From NCBI RefSeq assembly GCF_025933915.1, contig NZ_JAICZA010000003.1:4504-68503 (forward strand): a stretch of DNA of 64,000 nucleotides. Direction: 5' to 3'. Numbering within the stretch: position 1 is the first letter of the stretch; each line of letters starts with the position of its first letter. The stretch is from Mycobacterium sp. (lineage in GTDB: Bacteria > Actinomycetota > Actinomycetes > Mycobacteriales > Mycobacteriaceae). The notes below the pieces were generated by a model that saw nothing but the letters and a program-made list of their open reading frames with translations, did not search any database and was not told the DNA's origin. Positions 59,922 through 64,000 of this stretch are shown piece by piece. The position numbers and the translations under genes were made by a program.

Positions 59922-61994
59922 ATGACGAGCCCGAGAGCAGCGGTAAACCAGGCGACCCCGGCGGCGGATTCCGCGGCCAGCGGCGAGCTGATCAGTCCGC
60001 GACGGCGCAACCTGATCTTCGTCGCGGTCGTGCTCGGCATGCTGCTCGCGGCGCTGGACCAGACCATCGTCGCGACGGCGCTGCCGACGATCGTCGCCGA
60101 CTTGGGTGATGCCGGCCATCAGTCCTGGGTCGTCACCAGCTATCTGCTCGCATCGACCGTCGTCACCGCGCTGGCCGGCAAGCTCGGGGATTTGTACGGG
60201 CGCAAGCGGGTGTTCCAGGCGGCCATCGTTTTCTTCGTCATCGGATCGGCGTTGTGCGGGCTGTCCCAGTCGATGGTCATGCTGGTGGGATCGCGTGCCC
60301 TGCAAGGGATCGGCGGTGGCGCGATCACCGTCACCGCCAGCGCGCTGATCGGCGAGGTCGTTCCCCTGCGGGAGCGGGGCCGATACCAGGGCATCCTCGG
60401 AGCGGTCTTCGGCGTCACGACCGTCATCGGTCCATTGCTGGGCGGCTACTTCACCGACTACCTGACGTGGCGGTGGGCGTTCTGGGTCAACGTGCCGATC
60501 TCGGTGGTCGTGATCTTCGTTGCCGCCGCGGCGATTCCGGCGCTGACCGCGTCCGCCAAGCCGGTCGTCGACTACTCCGGAATAGCGTTCGTCGGCCTCG
60601 GCGCCGCCGCCCTGACGCTGGCGACCAGCTGGGGCGGCGCGCTGTATCCGTGGGGGTCGCCGGCGATCATCGGCTTATTCGTCGGCGCCACGCTGGCGCT
60701 GGGCGTTTTCGTAGTGGTGGAACGTCGCGCCACCGAGCCGATCTTGCCCATCCGGTTGTTCGCCAGTCCGGTGTTCACGGTGTGTTGCGTGCTGTCCTTC
60801 GTTGTGGGCTTTGCGATGTTGGGTGCGCTGACGTTCCTGCCCACCTATATGCAGTATGTCAACGGTGTTTCGGCGACCACCTCGGGTCTGCGCACGTTGC
60901 CGATGGTGGTGGGGATGCTGATCACCTCGACCGGCAGCGGCACCCTGGTCGGCCGGACCGGCCGCTACAAGGTATTTCCGGTGACCGGTACCGCGCTGAT
61001 GGCGCTGGCGTTTCTTCTGATGTCACGGATGGAGCCGTCCACGCCCACCCTGATCCAGTCGCTGTACCTGCTCATCCTGGGCGCCGGCATCGGGTTGTCC
61101 ATGCAGGTGCTGGTTCTCATCGTGCAAAACACGTCGAACTTCGAAGACCTCGGTGTCGCCACATCGGGGGTGACGTTCTTCCGCACCATCGGAAGTTCGT
61201 TCGGCGCGGCGATATTCGGCTCGCTGTTCGTGAACTTCCTCAACGGCAGAATCGGGCCGGCCCTGGCGGCCAGCGGCGCCCCGCCCAGCGCGGTCAGTTC
61301 GCCCGGGGCCCTGCACCGGCAGCCACATGACGTGGCCGCGCCCATCGTGGCGGCCTACGCCGAGTCTCTCACCGCGGTTTTCTTCTGGGCCGCGCCGGTC
61401 GCCCTGGTCGGTTTCGTGCTGGCGCTGTTTCTGCGCGAGGTTCCGCTCAGGGATATTCACGACAGCACAATGGATCTCGGTGACGCGTTCGGCATGCCGA
61501 CCACCGAGACGCCGGAACAGATGCTGGAGAACGCGATCGCGCGGATGTTGCGCGGCGAAACCGGCATGCGGTTGCGCAGCATCGCCATGCGACCCGATTG
61601 CCGGCTCGACGTCGCCGGGCTGTGGGGAGTATTGCGCATCAATCGCTACACGCAGATGTACGGGGCCGCTCGTCTCACCGACATTGCCGACTATCTCCGG
61701 ATACCGTTCGAGGTTCTCGAGCCCACCTTCTCTCACCTGGCGGCTGACGGCTACGCGCAGGGTGACGGCGAACGGATGTGGCTCACCCCGGTAGGGGCTC
61801 AGCAAGTTGCCTACGTGCACTCGCTTCTGGTGGCCTGGCTCGTCGACAAGCTGGCCCGCTCACCGGGCTTCGAGGGCCGGCCAGATCGCCGCGCGGTGCA
61901 GGCCGCGCTCGAACGCGTCGCGCATCGAGTTCTCGCCCAACGAGATTGGCATGATGAAACGCCAACCACGGCTATCAACGCGGGCGTTCGCTAA
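59922..61994 (+). CDS. DHA2-type MFS transporter with a C-terminal MarR-like domain (Rv1877-like)
   Basis: LAALDQTIVATALP, GKLGDLYGRK, 14-TM pattern, soluble C-terminal ~170 aa. Confidence 0.92.
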   Translation: MTSPRAAVNQATPAADSAASGELISPRRRNLIFVAVVLGMLLAALDQTIVATALPTIVADLGDAGHQSWVVTSYLLASTVVTALAGKLGDLYGRKRVFQAAIVFFVIGSALCGLSQSMVMLVGSRALQGIGGGAITVTASALIGEVVPLRERGRYQGILGAVFGVTTVIGPLLGGYFTDYLTWRWAFWVNVPISVVVIFVAAAAIPALTASAKPVVDYSGIAFVGLGAAALTLATSWGGALYPWGSPAIIGLFVGATLALGVFVVVERRATEPILPIRLFASPVFTVCCVLSFVVGFAMLGALTFLPTYMQYVNGVSATTSGLRTLPMVVGMLITSTGSGTLVGRTGRYKVFPVTGTALMALAFLLMSRMEPSTPTLIQSLYLLILGAGIGLSMQVLVLIVQNTSNFEDLGVATSGVTFFRTIGSSFGAAIFGSLFVNFLNGRIGPALAASGAPPSAVSSPGALHRQPHDVAAPIVAAYAESLTAVFFWAAPVALVGFVLALFLREVPLRDIHDSTMDLGDAFGMPTTETPEQMLENAIARMLRGETGMRLRSIAMRPDCRLDVAGLWGVLRINRYTQMYGAARLTDIADYLRIPFEVLEPTFSHLAADGYAQGDGERMWLTPVGAQQVAYVHSLLVAWLVDKLARSPGFEGRPDRRAVQAALERVAHRVLAQRDWHDETPTTAINAGVR

Positions 61995-62059
61995 CCGGTG
62001 GCGGTGCCCGTTTCCCGACAACCGCGACCGCGGCCAGGCGGCGGGCGTACCATCACGCC

Positions 62060-62554
62060 ATGAGCCGAATCGGAACTTTTGCTGATGACGACCTGGCCGG
62101 CTGGTTCGCGAAGTCCCCGGACATCGGCGGCGCACTCGGCGCCTTCAGCCAGGCGGTGTACACGAAAAACCGGTTGCCGTTGCGCACTCGCGAATTGGCG
62201 CGCGCCGTGATCGCTCACCGCAACGAATGCGTCGTCTGCGTCAACACTCGCGACGAAGACGGGCCCGCCGCGGGCGTCGACGAAGAGCTCTACGACCACG
62301 TCCACGAGTGGCGCACCTGGTCCGGCTACAGCGACCAGGAGCGGCTGGCGGCCGAGTTTGCCGACCGCTTCGCCACCGACCACACCGCGCTGCGCGACGA
62401 CGAAGACTTCTGGAGCCGCTGCGCCGAGCACTTCTCCGATGAGTTACTCGCCGACCTGGCGCTGTCCTGCGCGTTGTGGGTGGGCATGGGCCGAGTGTTG
62501 CGGACCCTCGACATCGGCCAGGCGTGCAAGCTGACCATACCCAGCCGCGTGTAG
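62060..62554 (+). CDS. Carboxymuconolactone decarboxylase/AhpD-like protein
   Basis: RELARAVIAHRNECVVC CxxC motif; TACCAT -10 6 nt before the ATG (leaderless). Confidence 0.85.
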   Translation: MSRIGTFADDDLAGWFAKSPDIGGALGAFSQAVYTKNRLPLRTRELARAVIAHRNECVVCVNTRDEDGPAAGVDEELYDHVHEWRTWSGYSDQERLAAEFADRFATDHTALRDDEDFWSRCAEHFSDELLADLALSCALWVGMGRVLRTLDIGQACKLTIPSRV

Positions 62555-62658
62555 CCGCCCACCACTTTCCGGGCGACCGGCGATGACGCGCGCGTCGGGC
62601 ACAACTGGCGGCGCCACGCTGTTGCGCTACTGGTGAGACAACGCAGAGGGAGGCGCCG

Positions 62659-63540
62659 GTGAAAGTTCGTTTCGGCGTCGGGCTGGGTGCGGACACCGCT
62701 CCGAGTCAGCTGGCCGCCATCGTCGATCATCTCGAGGCCAACGGAGTGGACTCGCTGTGGTTTTCCGAGCTGGTGTACTCACCGGCGGTCGATCCAATGG
62801 TCGGGATGGCCTATGCGCTCGCCCGGACGACCCGGTTGAAGGTGGGGACCTCGGTGGCCGTGCTGCCGGGGCGGCATCCGGTGCTGGTGGCCAAGCAGTT
62901 GGCATCGTTGGCGGCCGTCGCACCGAAGCGGGTCCTGCCGGTGTTCGGTTTGCGTTCGGCGATCCCGGCCGAGCGCGCGGTGTTCGTGGTTCCCGACGGC
63001 CAGCGGGCGGCGGTCTTCGACGAGTCGCTGCGGGTGCTGCGCTCGGCGTTGGAAGAGGATTCGGCCTCGTTCACGGGCCACTACTTCACCGTCACCGGTG
63101 CGGCGGTCGCGCCGAGGCCGACACCGCCGCTGGAAATCTGGTTGGGCGGGTCGGCACCGGCGGCGTTCAGACGCATCGGCGCGCTGGGCGACGGCTGGCT
63201 GGGCAGCTTCCTCACCCCGGCGGAGGCCAAGGCCGGGCGCGAGGCGATCGAGCGGGCCGCGGCGCAGGCCGGCCGGCGGATCGAACCCGACCACTTCGGC
63301 ATCTCGTTGGCCGTCTCCGACGGCGACCTGCCCGCGGAATTGGCCGCGGCGGCCCGCCGGCGCCGACCGGACCTCGACCCCGATGAGCTGATCGCCGCCG
63401 GGTGGGATCGGCTGCACCGCCAGCTGGACGCCTACCTCGAGGCGGGGTTGACGAAGTTCGTCATCCGGCCGGCCGGCAGTGCACCCGTGGACAGTTTCCT
63501 CGATCGATTCGTCTCCGAGCTCGTCGGCCGCCAGAACTGA
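62659..63540 (+). CDS. LLM-class F420-dependent oxidoreductase
   Basis: GVDSLWFSE, VAVLPGRHP, EIWLGG, LGDGWL. Confidence 0.88.
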   Translation: MKVRFGVGLGADTAPSQLAAIVDHLEANGVDSLWFSELVYSPAVDPMVGMAYALARTTRLKVGTSVAVLPGRHPVLVAKQLASLAAVAPKRVLPVFGLRSAIPAERAVFVVPDGQRAAVFDESLRVLRSALEEDSASFTGHYFTVTGAAVAPRPTPPLEIWLGGSAPAAFRRIGALGDGWLGSFLTPAEAKAGREAIERAAAQAGRRIEPDHFGISLAVSDGDLPAELAAAARRRRPDLDPDELIAAGWDRLHRQLDAYLEAGLTKFVIRPAGSAPVDSFLDRFVSELVGRQN

Positions 63541-63596
63541 TCCGCGGTGCCGACGACGACACGGTTTGCCATACCGGGCCGCCTCGAGGTTGCAGA

Positions 63597-64000
63597 ATGA
63601 CTGCCATGACCGGTACACCGCTTGCGGCCGCGGCGATTGCCCAGCTGGAGGCCGAGGGCGTCGACACGGTCATCGGCACCGTCGTCAATCCCGCCGGCCT
63701 CACCCTGGCCAAGGCGGTTCCGATCCGGCAGACCAACACGTTCGCGGATCCCGGTCTGGGGGCGAGCCCTTCCTGGCACGTCTTCACCATCGACCAGACC
63801 GGCATCGCCTTCACCGCCGACGTGGGGGTGGTGGGGGATCAACGTCTTCGTATCGACCTGTCGGCGTTGCGCATCGCGGGCGACGGCCTGGCGTGGGCGC
63901 CCGCCGAGTTTTTCGAGCAGGACGGCACGCCCGTACGCACGTGCGGTCGGGGAACCCTGCGACGAATCCAGTCCGCGCTCGCCGAAGCCGGCATCGAGGC
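63597..64000 (+). CDS. glnA3: Glutamine synthetase-like GlnA3 (Rv1878-like), 5' partial; start at ATG 63597 or 63606
   Basis: TPLAAAAIAQLEAEGVDTVIGTVVNPAG...VVGDQRLRIDLSALR; runs off the window end. Confidence 0.9.
   Translation, partial: MTAMTGTPLAAAAIAQLEAEGVDTVIGTVVNPAGLTLAKAVPIRQTNTFADPGLGASPSWHVFTIDQTGIAFTADVGVVGDQRLRIDLSALRIAGDGLAWAPAEFFEQDGTPVRTCGRGTLRRIQSALAEAGIE

Overview
High-GC Mycobacterium chromosome segment, collinear with M. tuberculosis Rv1824-Rv1878 (gcvH-garA-gcvP ... glcB ... guaB1-gnd-blaR-blaI ... ndh ... modABC-apa ... lldD2 ... bfrA-glnA3). It has an intact oxyR-ahpC-ahpD locus beside bfd/bfr, no urease cluster between the PaaI thioesterase and ndh, and carries lon and xfp. 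Together with the Apa sequence, this points to the M. avium complex or a close relative (inference). I found no IS element, prophage, CRISPR array, tRNA or rRNA. Main non-routine signals: (1) an unannotated 45-aa proline-rich leader ORF with a strong SD, coupled by an ATGA overlap to a CorB/CNNM-family gene pair; (2) an accessory cassette of two tandem DUF2236/MpaB-like haem proteins plus a TetR, with a perfect TGATAGAA-N11-TTCTATCA operator; (3) an IdeR-boxed ~104-nt sRNA (MrsI homologue) whose loop GGGCTG matches two CAGCCCAG copies in the bfr leader 36 kb away; (4) an orphan IdeR-boxed mbtK; (5) SigF-type promoters in front of an HhH + DUF72 gene pair and a secreted Gly/Pro-repeat protein; (6) lon with a SigH-type promoter overlapped by a HAIR-like site; (7) several short intergenic repeat families. 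All gene identities come from recognising the translated sequence and from synteny; no database search was run.
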